A model generated the notes under the pieces. It saw only the letters and a program-made list of their open reading frames with translations, did no database searches and was not told the origin of the DNA. From Kiritimatiellia bacterium (GTDB taxonomy: Bacteria; Verrucomicrobiota; Kiritimatiellia; JAAZAB01), in the NCBI GenBank assembly GCA_040767085.1, contig JAXGPF010000012.1, positions 136,646-200,645 on the forward strand: a stretch of 64,000 nt of DNA. The letters are read 5' to 3'. The translations under genes were made by a program, and so were the position numbers. Below, piece after piece: positions 28,044-38,844 of the stretch (positions within the stretch are counted from its first letter, which is position 1; each line of letters opens with the position of its first letter).

Positions 28044-29123
28044 ATGCTGACACCGCGTCAACATGTTGAAATCGTCTTGCATGGCGGATGCGCCCGCCGG
28101 ACGCCGTTCACCATTTATTCCCAGATGGCGCCGGCTTGCGCGGCGGAGCGGGAAATGCGCAACCGGGGGATGTGCCTGGTCAAGAACGCCACGGTGATCC
28201 GGGTGGCGCGCCCCAACGTCAAGGTCCGTGAATCCGTCAGCGCGGGAACCGGCCGCAGGATTAAGCGGACCGTTTACGAAACACCGGCGGGGGAGTTGAA
28301 CGCGACCTCGGAAGATCAGGGCTTCACCCGCTGGCAGCAGACGTATCTTTTCAAGACGCCGGACGATTACCGGGCGCTGGAATGCTTCATCCGCGACGAG
28401 CAATACATCCCGGATTACGCCGCTTACACGGCGCTGGACAAGGAGTTGGGGGATGATTTCATCCTGCCGGTCTGGTTCGGCTCCGACCCCATGCAATGCC
28501 TGATTTCCCACCTGATGGGGCCGGAAGCGTTCTGCATCGAGTGGATGGAAAACCGGGATGAGGTTTTAAAATTATATACGGCGCTTTACGACAACCGGCG
28601 CCGTTTATGGCCGCTGGTGACGGCTTCGCCCGCGCGTTATGTCAGTTGCGGGTCGAATGTCACCGTGGAAATCGTCGGACGGGAGCGTTTCGCGCAGTAT
28701 TACCTGCCGTATTTTCAGGAAACCGCCGATTATCTGCATCGCGCCGGCAAGCGGCTGGGCTACCACTTTGACGGCAACTGCCGGTTGCTGGCGCCGGCGA
28801 TCAACGCCAGCGGGCTGGATTACATCGAGGCTTTCACCCCGGCGCCGGATACCGATATGACTTTGGCCGAAGCGCGCGCCGCCTGGCCGGACAAGGTGCT
28901 GTGGATCAATTTCCCATCATCGGCGCATATTAAACCGGACGCCGAAATCACGGCCCTGGCGGTTGATCTGCTCGGGCAGTTGCCGTCGCCCGCCGGGATT
29001 TTATTCGGCATCACCGAAGACATGCCGCCGGATCGGTGGCGCGACAGTTGCCGGGCCATCATGACCGGGCTGGAACAATATGCCGCGGATTGTCCGGGGC
29101 GGTATCGCGCGGAAGAAATATGA
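28044..29123 (+). CDS. Uroporphyrinogen-decarboxylase / cobalamin-methyltransferase superfamily protein, 359 aa
   Basis: YETPAGEL, FKTPDDY, MGPEAF, YHFDGN, IEAFTPAPDTDMTLAEAR, LWINFPS, GITED. Confidence 0.75.
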   Translation: MLTPRQHVEIVLHGGCARRTPFTIYSQMAPACAAEREMRNRGMCLVKNATVIRVARPNVKVRESVSAGTGRRIKRTVYETPAGELNATSEDQGFTRWQQTYLFKTPDDYRALECFIRDEQYIPDYAAYTALDKELGDDFILPVWFGSDPMQCLISHLMGPEAFCIEWMENRDEVLKLYTALYDNRRRLWPLVTASPARYVSCGSNVTVEIVGRERFAQYYLPYFQETADYLHRAGKRLGYHFDGNCRLLAPAINASGLDYIEAFTPAPDTDMTLAEARAAWPDKVLWINFPSSAHIKPDAEITALAVDLLGQLPSPAGILFGITEDMPPDRWRDSCRAIMTGLEQYAADCPGRYRAEEI

Positions 29124-29160
29124 CGCGGGCCGGCCCGCCAACCATGACCGGGAGCGACGC

Positions 29161-31968
29161 ATGCAAAAATGGAATTTCAGGCTGCCGATTCTGGCGGCGT
29201 TGGCGATGTTGATTCAGAACGACAGCCGCGGCGAAGAGTTGCGCCCATGGATCGGGACGTTTCTGTCGCGCAAGCCGGGAGTGGTGGATCTCGGGCCGAG
29301 CCGGCGTTTTGAAATCAAGCCCATCATCCGCGATCTGGCGGAATTTGGGGTGTCGGACGTTTACTTCGGACACAATCAGGGCCGCGGCGGCCCGTTTTAC
29401 CATCCCACTGCCGTCGCTCATCTGAAGGCCCACGGGGTGTTGGGCGAGCGTGATTTCCTGGAGGAGCTGCTGGCCGAGGCGGATGCCCATGATGTGCGGG
29501 TATGGTTGCTGTGGACGCCGCCATCCGCCGGCGAATCGCGCAGGGAGCAGCCGGGTTTCAAGGATGGCCTGTACGCGCTGGACGATTACTCCCTGGCCAG
29601 CCCGGAGTTGCGGCGCGTGTATTGCGATTTGATTGACGAACTGGCGGAAAAATATTTGCCGCGCCATCCCAGCCTGGCCGGCATCTACCTGCATGAAATC
29701 CATGCCGGACTTGATCCGATGAACCGGCCCGTGGATTTGGAGCGGTTTAAAGAATATTGTCGGGCTGAATTCGGCGCCGCATATGCCGGCACAAACATGC
29801 CGGGGATTGATCCGGATGATGTCTGGTCGCGCCGCTACCTGCTTTACCGCAATCATGTCACCACTGAGTTCGTGCGCGCCCTCGCTGACCGCGCGCGCTT
29901 GCGCGGCTTGAAGACCGCGTTCTGCCACTATCCCGCCGAGACCAGTTCCGGCTGGCCGATCGGCGCGGATGTCCTGGATCTGGAGCGGGTGACGGACATG
30001 ATGTGGGAGGTGAGTTTTGCGCTGGAAAACTGCAAGCATTATTATTCCATCAAGGGCGCCATGCTGGACTTCGGGCCGACTTACCGCAACAACAACCCCG
30101 CGTTGAATTACGCCTCCGCCTTCCACGGCTACCCCCTGAGCTATTTCGAATTTGCCACGCCGGTGTATGTTGACGAAATCCGGGCTCATTTTCCGCCCGC
30201 TTCGCCCTGGCATCAGCAGTATGGCGACCCTTACACCGGCCATGGGGGCAAGACGGAGCGCGAAGTTGAATTGTTCTTCGGCAAAAAAAACATGGGCCAA
30301 TGGTTGCGCCTGATGGGCCGCTGGCAGGGCGGCGCGCCGCCGGCGCAGATCAGCGCGGCCATCAATCCTACGCCATACCTGATGCTGCGCCCGCGGGGCC
30401 ATAGCCAGTTCTTTGTGGATAATGTGGCAAAATTGATGGAGTGCCTGACGTTGTGGGCGGATGTGGACGGCATGATCAGCGGCTCGCTGGCCATGCCGGA
30501 AAATCTGCGGCGCTATGAAACGATCATTATTCCCGAAGAACATGGAACCGGCTTGCGCGAAGAAGTATTTCGACAGTATTTTAAATATGTGGAGGAGGGC
30601 GGGCGGCTGCTGGTGGTGAATACGCCCATAACCACCGCCGCGCCGGATATGACCGCCGCGCGGGATCGCACCGCGGAATTATGCGGAGTGGCATGGCAGC
30701 CGGCGGCCATTACGGCGCTGACCTTTGTGGCGGCGGCGGACCTGGCCGTTACGCCGCCGCCGCCGGGCCGGGCCTGGCGGCACGGCGCGCTGTCCAATGC
30801 CGCCGCGGAAGTCCTGGTCAAGCGCGCCGATAACGGCGCGCCATTGCTGACGCGCCGGCGGTTGGGCCGGGGCGAGGTTTATTTTTCGGCGTTAAGCTTT
30901 CAACCAGGCTTGGAAGATTATTTCGTTTCCCTGGCCAAACTGCTGGCCCAGCCCCGGTTCTGGCTGGAAGGGCCCGGCGGCATGCGCATCCTCGAGGCGG
31001 TGCAGAAGGATCATCAGTTGTGCGTGTCGTTATGGGGACAAGGGGGACGAGTTTTAAAGGTGGATGCTGCGCGCGCCGGCCTGACCGGCGCGGAATTTCA
31101 GGTGCGGGACATCGTTACCGGCCGGATTTTCGCCGAATCGCTTGCCGCCGCGGCGCTTGTGAACGAGGGCGTGTCAATCTCGATAACCTACAGCAATCAA
31201 CCGATGGTGGTCGCCGTGGGCGCGCCGGAGGCGCTCCGTGATTATCCAGGACTTTATGCAAGCGCCGAAGTGTTCCGCGATTTGCGGGAACGCGCGCCGG
31301 TGGCGGAGAATCCGCAAGTGCCGATACTCGTGCCGGAAGGGCCGGGCGCGCGCATCGGTGTGTATCACCTGGGGTTGGGCGCGGAGGAAATCGTCAAAGC
31401 GGCCGGCGCTGGCGGAATGCGCGCTTTCACCCTGCCGCGCCTGGACACGGAAGCCATGGGGTATGCCGATGTGATCGTCATCCCGCAGATTGCCGGCACG
31501 GTGGAGTTTTTCAACCAGGCGCGGCCGGTGTTGCGCAAATTCGTGGAAAATGGCGGCGGCATACTGCTGACGCATGACGCCGTGGGGTATCGCGCCCACC
31601 AGTCGGTGTTTCCGGAAGTAGGCGTCGGGCTGGAAAATGTTAAAGACGATCGTTTGCAAACCGCCGGCCGGCATCCGGCCGCCGCCGGCATTGCGCCGGG
31701 CACGGCTTTCAATCCTGGCTTTCGCTTCGATCATGTGGCCATTAAACCCGGTCCCGCGGGCACGGGCTTGGTGGTGAATGCGCAGGGGGCGGCGGTACTG
31801 GCGGCCGGGAAGTTCGGACGGGGGCGGGTGGTTCTGCTGGGTACGCTGCCGGGCGTGGCGGGCAGCCCGAAAAGTTCCGACGGCCGGCCGGCGGCGCCCG
31901 TCGGTGTTGAGTTGGAAATTGTACGCAACGCCCTGCGCTGGCTGGCGGAGAAAGCCCGCGCTGAATAA
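29161..31968 (+). CDS. Secreted glycoside-hydrolase-like protein (GHL-type barrel, trimerisation-like and C-terminal GATase/ThuA-like domains), 935 aa
   Basis: Signal peptide; RDFLEELLAEADAHDVRV, GIYLHE, LRRYETIIIP...YVEEGG, LRKFVENGGGILLTHDAVG, GKFGRGRVV. Confidence 0.65.
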   Translation: MQKWNFRLPILAALAMLIQNDSRGEELRPWIGTFLSRKPGVVDLGPSRRFEIKPIIRDLAEFGVSDVYFGHNQGRGGPFYHPTAVAHLKAHGVLGERDFLEELLAEADAHDVRVWLLWTPPSAGESRREQPGFKDGLYALDDYSLASPELRRVYCDLIDELAEKYLPRHPSLAGIYLHEIHAGLDPMNRPVDLERFKEYCRAEFGAAYAGTNMPGIDPDDVWSRRYLLYRNHVTTEFVRALADRARLRGLKTAFCHYPAETSSGWPIGADVLDLERVTDMMWEVSFALENCKHYYSIKGAMLDFGPTYRNNNPALNYASAFHGYPLSYFEFATPVYVDEIRAHFPPASPWHQQYGDPYTGHGGKTEREVELFFGKKNMGQWLRLMGRWQGGAPPAQISAAINPTPYLMLRPRGHSQFFVDNVAKLMECLTLWADVDGMISGSLAMPENLRRYETIIIPEEHGTGLREEVFRQYFKYVEEGGRLLVVNTPITTAAPDMTAARDRTAELCGVAWQPAAITALTFVAAADLAVTPPPPGRAWRHGALSNAAAEVLVKRADNGAPLLTRRRLGRGEVYFSALSFQPGLEDYFVSLAKLLAQPRFWLEGPGGMRILEAVQKDHQLCVSLWGQGGRVLKVDAARAGLTGAEFQVRDIVTGRIFAESLAAAALVNEGVSISITYSNQPMVVAVGAPEALRDYPGLYASAEVFRDLRERAPVAENPQVPILVPEGPGARIGVYHLGLGAEEIVKAAGAGGMRAFTLPRLDTEAMGYADVIVIPQIAGTVEFFNQARPVLRKFVENGGGILLTHDAVGYRAHQSVFPEVGVGLENVKDDRLQTAGRHPAAAGIAPGTAFNPGFRFDHVAIKPGPAGTGLVVNAQGAAVLAAGKFGRGRVVLLGTLPGVAGSPKSSDGRPAAPVGVELEIVRNALRWLAEKARAE

Positions 31969-32030
31969 CGGCCCAGCCGTTATTCCGCCGGTAACTTTAT
32001 CCATAAATTTACATATATCAGCGGTTGATC

Positions 32031-33296
32031 ATGTCCACAAAATCCCTGATAATTGTCACGATTGATTTTGACGATGAAGTCGTTTTGCGCCGGCGTGCGC
32101 TGACGGAGGCCGACATCCGGGGATTGTTGACGCGCCTGAAAAAATGCGGGGTTGACGGCATTGTCTGGCGCCTGACCTGCCTCGGGCAGGCGCATTACCA
32201 TAGTAAAGTGTTGCCTGGCCCGGCCTTTGATAAGGCCGACTTGAAATATTGGCAGGATTGGGTCAGTCAAACTCCCGCCCCGGCCGGCATGGGGGCGGGA
32301 ACAAGCAAGGCCATTATGAACGCGGGCGAGCGTGAAGAGTGGACGAAATGGCTGCAGCAGACTTTAACTGCCATGGACCCGCCGGATGTGGCCGGGCGCA
32401 TTTGCCGGGAACTGGGCTTGACTTTTCATTTGTGGGTTGACCTGTTCGACGGGTGGTACCCCGGCGTCTATCTGCCGGTGTTGCGGGAACATCCGGAATG
32501 GTGCTGGACGGATCATACCGGCACAAAATATCTGCGCGGGGCGGCCAGCTACGCGTTCCAGCAAAATGTCGGGCGCCTGGAGCGCGTGGTGGAAGAGATC
32601 AAACGTTATGAGGCGGATGGGCTGTATCTGTGCCTCTCCTGCCATTCCCTGCACTTGGTGGAGCATCCGGATGCCCTGGCCGCCGGATACGGGTTCGAAC
32701 CTCCGGTCCGCCGCCGCTTTGCGGAACTGCACGGACGGGAGCCGGATGTCAATGCCGCCGACCGCCCGCTTTTGAACCGGGTGCGCGGCGAATTCATGAC
32801 CGCGCTTTTTGAACGGGTGCGCCGGCGGCTGGCCCCGGCCAGGCAATTGATCCTGCCGATGCATCTGCATCCGGACATGATCAAGACTTCGCCCTACATG
32901 TCGGGGCCGGTAGCGATCAGTTATTACCAGGATTACGGCGCATGGCGGCGCGCCAACCTGGGGCAGGGCTTTGTCCTGGGCGATTACGAACATGTGTTCA
33001 CCTGGACGGAAAACTGGCGCCTGAAAGGCTTGCCGGACGGAAATGCGCGGACCATACCGGCGGAACATGCGAGCGCATTGCTGCCGGGGATTGACTGGGA
33101 GCGCTGCCCGCACTATTATTTCAGCGGTTGGATGGGCGGCCGGCAGAATATAACGCAGCGCCTGGAGCGCATGCTGGCGGCAAAGCGGCGCCACCCGCTG
33201 TCCGGCGGCTGGCTGCACGAGGCCGCGAGTTTCGAGGAGGCCGGCGCTTGGGACTTGCTGGCGCAATACGCGGCGGCTTGCCGGGGGATAAAGTGA
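32031..33296 (+). CDS. GHL10-like glycosyl hydrolase, 421 aa
   Basis: GVDGIVWR, MDPP...CRELGL, LREHPEW, YEADGLYL, YGFEPPVRRRF. Confidence 0.65.
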   Translation: MSTKSLIIVTIDFDDEVVLRRRALTEADIRGLLTRLKKCGVDGIVWRLTCLGQAHYHSKVLPGPAFDKADLKYWQDWVSQTPAPAGMGAGTSKAIMNAGEREEWTKWLQQTLTAMDPPDVAGRICRELGLTFHLWVDLFDGWYPGVYLPVLREHPEWCWTDHTGTKYLRGAASYAFQQNVGRLERVVEEIKRYEADGLYLCLSCHSLHLVEHPDALAAGYGFEPPVRRRFAELHGREPDVNAADRPLLNRVRGEFMTALFERVRRRLAPARQLILPMHLHPDMIKTSPYMSGPVAISYYQDYGAWRRANLGQGFVLGDYEHVFTWTENWRLKGLPDGNARTIPAEHASALLPGIDWERCPHYYFSGWMGGRQNITQRLERMLAAKRRHPLSGGWLHEAASFEEAGAWDLLAQYAAACRGIK

Positions 33297-33369
33297 GGGT
33301 TTTTAATCAGTTCGATTGTCTGGACATAATATTGCGGCATATTCGAAAAAGCGGTTCCAGGGAGGTTTC

Positions 33370-34671
33370 ATGCAAATCAAGCGCAACGCAAGGGAAGCCG
33401 GTTGGAAGGCATTGTTGCTGGGGATGCTGCTGACATTGCCGGCCATGTCCCAGACGTGTTATGTCTCGCTGTCGGGCGGCAATGTTGACCCTTTTGACAG
33501 TTGGGCCAAAGCCGCGACAACCATTCAGCCGGCGTTGCAGGCTGCGGCCACCAACGGCTGGAACACGGTGCTGGTGGCCACCGGCACTTACAACCTGGCC
33601 GCGCAGGTGGCGGTCACCAATGCCCTGACCCTGCGCAGTTGGAACAACGGCAGCCTTGACCCCGAAAACACCATTCTGGACGGCGGCGGCGCGGTGCGTT
33701 GCCTGTTGGTCAGCAACGCGGCCGCGCGGGTTGAGGGCTTTACCTTGACCCGCGGCGGCGCCGTTACCCACGGCGCGGGGACGCTGATGTATTACGGCCT
33801 GCTTGACAACTGCATTCTTACATACAACGGCGGCACTAACCTGGACGTGTGGGGCGGCGGCGCCTGTCTGTATCAAACCGCCGCCATTGTGGGCAGCCGG
33901 ATCATCGCCAATGCATCCGGCCCCGGTGTCAGCGCGGGCGGCGTGTTAATGAATGAAAAAGCCCGGTTGGCCGATTGCATCATCGCCTTCAACACCAACA
34001 TTCATGTTTCCAACATTTCCCACGGGGGCGGCGGTATAATGATGTCCGGCAATACCAGCGTGGAAAACTGCCGGATTATCAGCAACTTCAGCATCAGTTA
34101 CGGCGCCGGGATTTATACCGGCACCGGCGCCAACAGCACCAACATCATCCGCAATTGCCTGATTGCGGGCAACCAAGTCACGCATTCCACCGGCGGCGCC
34201 GGCATCACCATGGTGGCCACTGGCATGGACAAGGTGACGCTCGTGCAGAATTGCACCATCGTCAGCAATTTTTCGCCAACCTATGCCGGGGGAATATATT
34301 GCCGTAATCCCGCCGGCAATATGGTGGAGAATTCCATTGTGTATAATAATAACGGGAGTTGGGCGCAAAAGGATTATTATTATTCCAGTACAGCCGGTGG
34401 CACATCCTTCTGGACCAACTGCTGCACCAGTCTGACCAATTATTTTTCCGGATCCGGCAATACCACGAATGCGCCGGTATACGTGAATTTCGATGAATGC
34501 AATTACCGGCTGCCCGGGGATTCTTTCCTCGTCAATGCCGGCATGCCGCGGGAATGGATGGGGGCCTCAACCGACCTGGACGGGCATCGGCGGATTGACC
34601 GGATGAGCGGCCTCCCGGATATCGGTTGTTATGAGTTCATCCCGCAGGGAGCGATTTTCAATTTTCGATAG
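33370..34671 (+). CDS. Secreted beta-helix / choice-of-anchor-Q-like protein (copy 3), 433 aa
   Basis: RBS ggagg; PFDSWAKAATTIQPAL, TILDGGG, GGG repeats, VNAG...DLDGHRRI...PDIGCYE. Confidence 0.85.
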   Translation: MQIKRNAREAGWKALLLGMLLTLPAMSQTCYVSLSGGNVDPFDSWAKAATTIQPALQAAATNGWNTVLVATGTYNLAAQVAVTNALTLRSWNNGSLDPENTILDGGGAVRCLLVSNAAARVEGFTLTRGGAVTHGAGTLMYYGLLDNCILTYNGGTNLDVWGGGACLYQTAAIVGSRIIANASGPGVSAGGVLMNEKARLADCIIAFNTNIHVSNISHGGGGIMMSGNTSVENCRIISNFSISYGAGIYTGTGANSTNIIRNCLIAGNQVTHSTGGAGITMVATGMDKVTLVQNCTIVSNFSPTYAGGIYCRNPAGNMVENSIVYNNNGSWAQKDYYYSSTAGGTSFWTNCCTSLTNYFSGSGNTTNAPVYVNFDECNYRLPGDSFLVNAGMPREWMGASTDLDGHRRIDRMSGLPDIGCYEFIPQGAIFNFR

Positions 34672-34680
34672 ACATCCGGC

Positions 34681-37600
34681 GTGAAATTATCCACCACCTG
34701 CCTGCGTTATGCTGAAGCGTTGCCGGACGAAGTTGTTCGCTTGCGGGATGCCGGCGCCATGGTTTATCTGCCGCTCGGGTCGCTGGAGTGGCACGATACG
34801 CATGCTCCGCTGGGGACGGACAGCGTGATTGCCGAAGGCTTGAGCCTGCGTCTGGCCGAAACCACCGGCGGGGTGGTGCTGCCGCCGCTCTGCTGGGCGT
34901 TGACGCTGGCCGATGCGGCCAAGCCGCCGTATGTCTGGGAAAAGGCGCGCGGCTCGCTGGGCCTGGGCGCGCCGGACATCTGGGAGGCGTTCCTGCGCAG
35001 CCAGGTGGACGCGCTGTTGCGCGACGGTTGGCAGACAGTGGCGCTGGTGGCCGGCCATGCCGGCAGCCTGGAACGTGAAATTCTGGGCCGGTTGGCCGCG
35101 GAGCATGCGCAACCCAACCAGCCGCAGGTGGCGCTGATCAATCTCTACCAGCATGTTGCCGGGGATCATGCCGGCTATTTTGAAACCAGCCTCCTCCTGG
35201 CTTTGCGCCCTGACAGCGTACAGGCCGCGCCGTCGGAAGGCAATCCCTGGGCGCGCGCGCCGGCATCCGCCGCCAACGCGCGGGATGGCGGGCAAATGGT
35301 TCGCGAATGCCTGGCCGGGGCGTTGGATGTCATCCAGGCTGCACGCGTTCGCCGGCATCCGCTTTTGCCGCCGCCTTGCCCGATGTTGGAAGGCGCGCGC
35401 TTGCCGGCGCCGTGGGCGGCGCAATGGATTGCGCCGGACGCGCCGGCGTCCGACAATTTTTACTTCCTGGCTCGCGGCGTGTTTTCCGTGCCCAACCCAC
35501 CGTCATCGGCCTGCTTGCACATTACCGCCGATGCGCGCTATACGGCTTATTTGAACGGGCGCCGGGTAGGCTGCGGTCCCGCGCGCGGATCGCATCGGCG
35601 CTATTTCGTGGACACTTATGACGTTGGCGCCTGGCTGCGGCCGGGCGAAAACTGGCTGGCCGTTGCCGTGCACTGCCCCGTCCAGCCCACTTATAACTCC
35701 GTGCCGCATGCGCCGGGTTTGCTGGCGGAAATCCCCGGGCTGATCGCTACGGGCGCCGCCTGGGAGGTTCGGGTGGACCCGGCGCATAATCCCGCCGCGC
35801 CATTTTTCACCAGGCAACTGGGTTATGCCGAATGGCAGGATTTGCGGCTGGAACCCGCCGGCTGGACCACCGGCCGGGATGCGCCGGGCTCTGAAAACAC
35901 AAACTCCGGCGCCGGCCGCTGGCAACCCGCCCGCGAACTGGCCGCGGCCGCGGAATTCGGCGGCCGGGCGCTGTCCCTCCGTCCGATTCCCGACTTGACC
36001 TGGACGGAGCGTCTGCCGCTGCGGGTAGTCGCCGCGGGGCGGGTGCCGCACCTGGCGGAAGGGAATTTGGCCAAGCCCGGTTTTGCCGAAATCATGCAGG
36101 CGGAAATGCATTTCGCGGGCGATCCCGCCGATTTTAAAAACATGGGCGCGCTGGCGGGGCATACCGGCGGGAGCACCATCCATCCGGCGCCCGGCGCGCC
36201 GGGCGCGTATATAATTCTCGATTTCGGCCGTGAAATCGCCGGGCACCTGCTGCTGGAGGTGGAAGGCCCCGCCGGAATGATTATGGATGTCGGGTATGAC
36301 GAAGGGCTGGATGGCGGCCGCCTGGTGACGTATCGCGGCGCCTACCGGTTCGCCGACCGGTTTGTCCTCCGCGCGGGCCGGCAGACCGTCAATTCCCAGA
36401 TGCACGCGCGCGGGTTTCGCTATGTGCAGTTGATCTTCCGCCGCCTGAAAGCGCCGGTGACGCTGCACGCGGTGCGCGCCGTAGAGCGGGTGCATAGCGC
36501 GCCGCTGCGGGCGGCCTGGTTTTGCGCGGGCGATCTGCGATTAAACCGGCTCTGGAAAGCCTGCGCCAATACAGTCCGGTTGTGCGCCCTGGATACTTTT
36601 GTGGACTGCATCTGGCGCGAGCAGGCGTTTTGGGTCAACGATTTTGCCGTGGTCAATGGTTACTACCTGGGGTTGACCGGTGACGGAAAATTCTCCGCGC
36701 ACAACCTCCGGCTGGCCGCGGATGGCATCCGCCCCGACGGGCTGCCGCCCTGCGTCTATCCCGCCGAGCCGGTCAAATCCTTCCCGAAGATGCCCGCCCT
36801 CTGGGCCCTGGCCCTGGCGGATTATCATCTTTACACCGGCGACCTGGCGCTGCTGCGGGAGCTTTGGCCGACGCTGGAAAAAGCCCTGGCCTGGTACGAC
36901 GCGCACCGCGCCGCGGACGGCTTGACGCCCGATCAGCCCGATATGTGGAATTTTGTAGACTGGGGTTACCGCGCCGCCGGAGCCGCGCTGGCGGGGAAAA
37001 CGGCAATCCTCAACATGCTGATCGCCGCCGGCTACAAACAAGCCGCAATCGTCGCCGATGCGGTAGGCCAGCCGGGGCGGGCGCAAGCATGGCGGGAGCG
37101 CAGCCGGGATGTAGTACGGGCGTTGAACGCCGTTTTGTGGGATGCCACGCGCGGCTGTTACCGCGATTGCACCCAGCCGTCCGGCGCCGCGACTGCGAGC
37201 CAGCATCCGCTGGCGGTTGGGCTGGCTTTCAATCTCCTGGAAGAACCGCAGCGCGCGGCCGCCGCTGCGCGCCTGCTGGACCCCGGCCTGATCCAGGCGG
37301 AATTATATTTCCAGCATTTTGTTCTGGCCGCCCTGGCGGCGCTGCATCGTCCCGCCGATGCCCTGGGCGTCATCCGCGGCTTATGGGTCCCGATGCTTGA
37401 GCAGGACGGCGATACCATCTGGGAAAGCCGGTTCGGGCGCGCCGCCTTTCAAAATAACGGCAGCTTGTGCCATGCCTTTGCCTGCGCCCCCCTGCGCTTT
37501 TTGCAGGAGACGGTGTTGGGCGTCAGGCCGCTGCAGCCGGGATTCGCCGAGTTCAGCCTCGACCCCCAACCGGCGGGACTGCTGGGCGCGTGGGGCATTG

Positions 37601-37749
37601 TGCCCGCGCCGCAAGGATTGATCCGGGTCAAATGGACCCAGGCGCCCGGCGGGCCGGTCAAACTGGAGGCGGAAATTCCGGCGGGCACGGTCGCCTGTAT
37701 GGCCGATGGACGCCGTCTCGATGCCGGGCGGCATGTGCTTGAATGTTGA
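34681..37749 (+). CDS. Creatininase-family domain fused to GH78 alpha-L-rhamnosidase-like module, 1022 aa
   Basis: N-terminus LPLGSLEWHDTHAPLGTD, AGHAG, DHAGYFETS; then ITADARY...NG...GPAR, LDFGRE, GFRY, DTFVDCIWREQAFW, TIWE, SLCHAF. Confidence 0.85.
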   Translation: MKLSTTCLRYAEALPDEVVRLRDAGAMVYLPLGSLEWHDTHAPLGTDSVIAEGLSLRLAETTGGVVLPPLCWALTLADAAKPPYVWEKARGSLGLGAPDIWEAFLRSQVDALLRDGWQTVALVAGHAGSLEREILGRLAAEHAQPNQPQVALINLYQHVAGDHAGYFETSLLLALRPDSVQAAPSEGNPWARAPASAANARDGGQMVRECLAGALDVIQAARVRRHPLLPPPCPMLEGARLPAPWAAQWIAPDAPASDNFYFLARGVFSVPNPPSSACLHITADARYTAYLNGRRVGCGPARGSHRRYFVDTYDVGAWLRPGENWLAVAVHCPVQPTYNSVPHAPGLLAEIPGLIATGAAWEVRVDPAHNPAAPFFTRQLGYAEWQDLRLEPAGWTTGRDAPGSENTNSGAGRWQPARELAAAAEFGGRALSLRPIPDLTWTERLPLRVVAAGRVPHLAEGNLAKPGFAEIMQAEMHFAGDPADFKNMGALAGHTGGSTIHPAPGAPGAYIILDFGREIAGHLLLEVEGPAGMIMDVGYDEGLDGGRLVTYRGAYRFADRFVLRAGRQTVNSQMHARGFRYVQLIFRRLKAPVTLHAVRAVERVHSAPLRAAWFCAGDLRLNRLWKACANTVRLCALDTFVDCIWREQAFWVNDFAVVNGYYLGLTGDGKFSAHNLRLAADGIRPDGLPPCVYPAEPVKSFPKMPALWALALADYHLYTGDLALLRELWPTLEKALAWYDAHRAADGLTPDQPDMWNFVDWGYRAAGAALAGKTAILNMLIAAGYKQAAIVADAVGQPGRAQAWRERSRDVVRALNAVLWDATRGCYRDCTQPSGAATASQHPLAVGLAFNLLEEPQRAAAAARLLDPGLIQAELYFQHFVLAALAALHRPADALGVIRGLWVPMLEQDGDTIWESRFGRAAFQNNGSLCHAFACAPLRFLQETVLGVRPLQPGFAEFSLDPQPAGLLGAWGIVPAPQGLIRVKWTQAPGGPVKLEAEIPAGTVACMADGRRLDAGRHVLEC

Positions 37750-37762
37750 TGGCAGGACCAGA

Positions 37763-38836
37763 ATGCCGGAAATTCCAAAACGTATTTCACTGCCGGGGCA
37801 GGCCGCGGAAATCATCGTCCGGGGTTTGCGCAATGGCGAGTGGCGCGGCAAGTTGCCGCCCGAAAGAAGTTTATGCGGGCAGTTGCAAGTCAGCCGCACC
37901 ACCTTGCGCAAGGCGCTGCGGATTTTGCGCCAGCAGGGGCTCATTGCCACCGTCCCGCACCGGGGCACAATCGTGCAACATCCGGCCGCCCGCCGCCGGC
38001 GGCGCGCCAGCCGGCGGGTGGTGGGGTTGTTGCTGGGTGAAGCGTGGGAGTTGTTGTCGGGCCAGAACCAGGTGTTTTTTTCCAACCTGGAACAATATTT
38101 GCTTAAACAAGGATATCTCTGCGAAATCCGCGTGCAGCGGGACTTGCGCAACGGCGGATTCCGGCATGGCGGGGACATGCTGGCCGGCTCCGAAGCGGCC
38201 TGCTGGGCCATCTGCGCGGTTCCGCTGGAAGTGCAGCGGTGGTTTTTCGAAAACAAAAAACCGGCCTTGGTCCTGGGATCATGTTTCCCCGGGATCAAGT
38301 TGCCCGAGTTGGACGTGGATTATGCCGCCGTTTGCCGTCATGCGGCCATGACCTTGTTGGAACTGGGGCATCGGCGGCTGGCCTACCTGGCGCCGCAGCG
38401 GCAATTCGCCGGGGATTTGCTTTCCGAGACGGGCATCGTTGGAGCAACCCGGGGATGCGCAGCGGATATTATCCGGCATCCGGGGACGCCGCAGGGAATC
38501 TGCCGCGCCCTGGAAGATTATTTCGCGCGTCCGGCGGCGCCGGCTTCCGGATTCATTGTCGCCGGCGCTCTGCCGGCCATCACGGTTGCCGGATGGATGA
38601 TTTCGCGCGGGCTGCGGATTCCCGGGGACGTCTCGCTGGTCTGCCGGGACGATGACCAGGCGTTGGGCGCCTTTGTCCCGCCCATCGCCCGCTATGGCGT
38701 GGATAATCGCGAATACGCCAGGCTCTGCGCGAAAATCCTGGCGCGCATGGCGGAGGGCGGATCGCATCTCTCCAAGTCAACCCGCTTGATGGCCAGATTC
38801 GTGCCGGGCGGCACGCTCGCCCCGCCGCCGCGGTGA
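37763..38836 (+). CDS. GntR-HTH / LacI-type ligand-binding transcriptional regulator, 357 aa
   Basis: LPPERSLCGQLQVSRTTLRKAL; DVDY...LLELGHRRLAY; GLRIPGDVSLV. Confidence 0.92.
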   Translation: MPEIPKRISLPGQAAEIIVRGLRNGEWRGKLPPERSLCGQLQVSRTTLRKALRILRQQGLIATVPHRGTIVQHPAARRRRRASRRVVGLLLGEAWELLSGQNQVFFSNLEQYLLKQGYLCEIRVQRDLRNGGFRHGGDMLAGSEAACWAICAVPLEVQRWFFENKKPALVLGSCFPGIKLPELDVDYAAVCRHAAMTLLELGHRRLAYLAPQRQFAGDLLSETGIVGATRGCAADIIRHPGTPQGICRALEDYFARPAAPASGFIVAGALPAITVAGWMISRGLRIPGDVSLVCRDDDQALGAFVPPIARYGVDNREYARLCAKILARMAEGGSHLSKSTRLMARFVPGGTLAPPPR

Positions 38837-38844
38837 GCGGATGC

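Noticed and set aside
35881-35912. GCGCCGG..CCGGCGC hairpin with an A-rich loop inside the GH78 gene
   Set aside because: A 7-bp all-GC stem is expected by chance at this composition; no matching repeat family seen.
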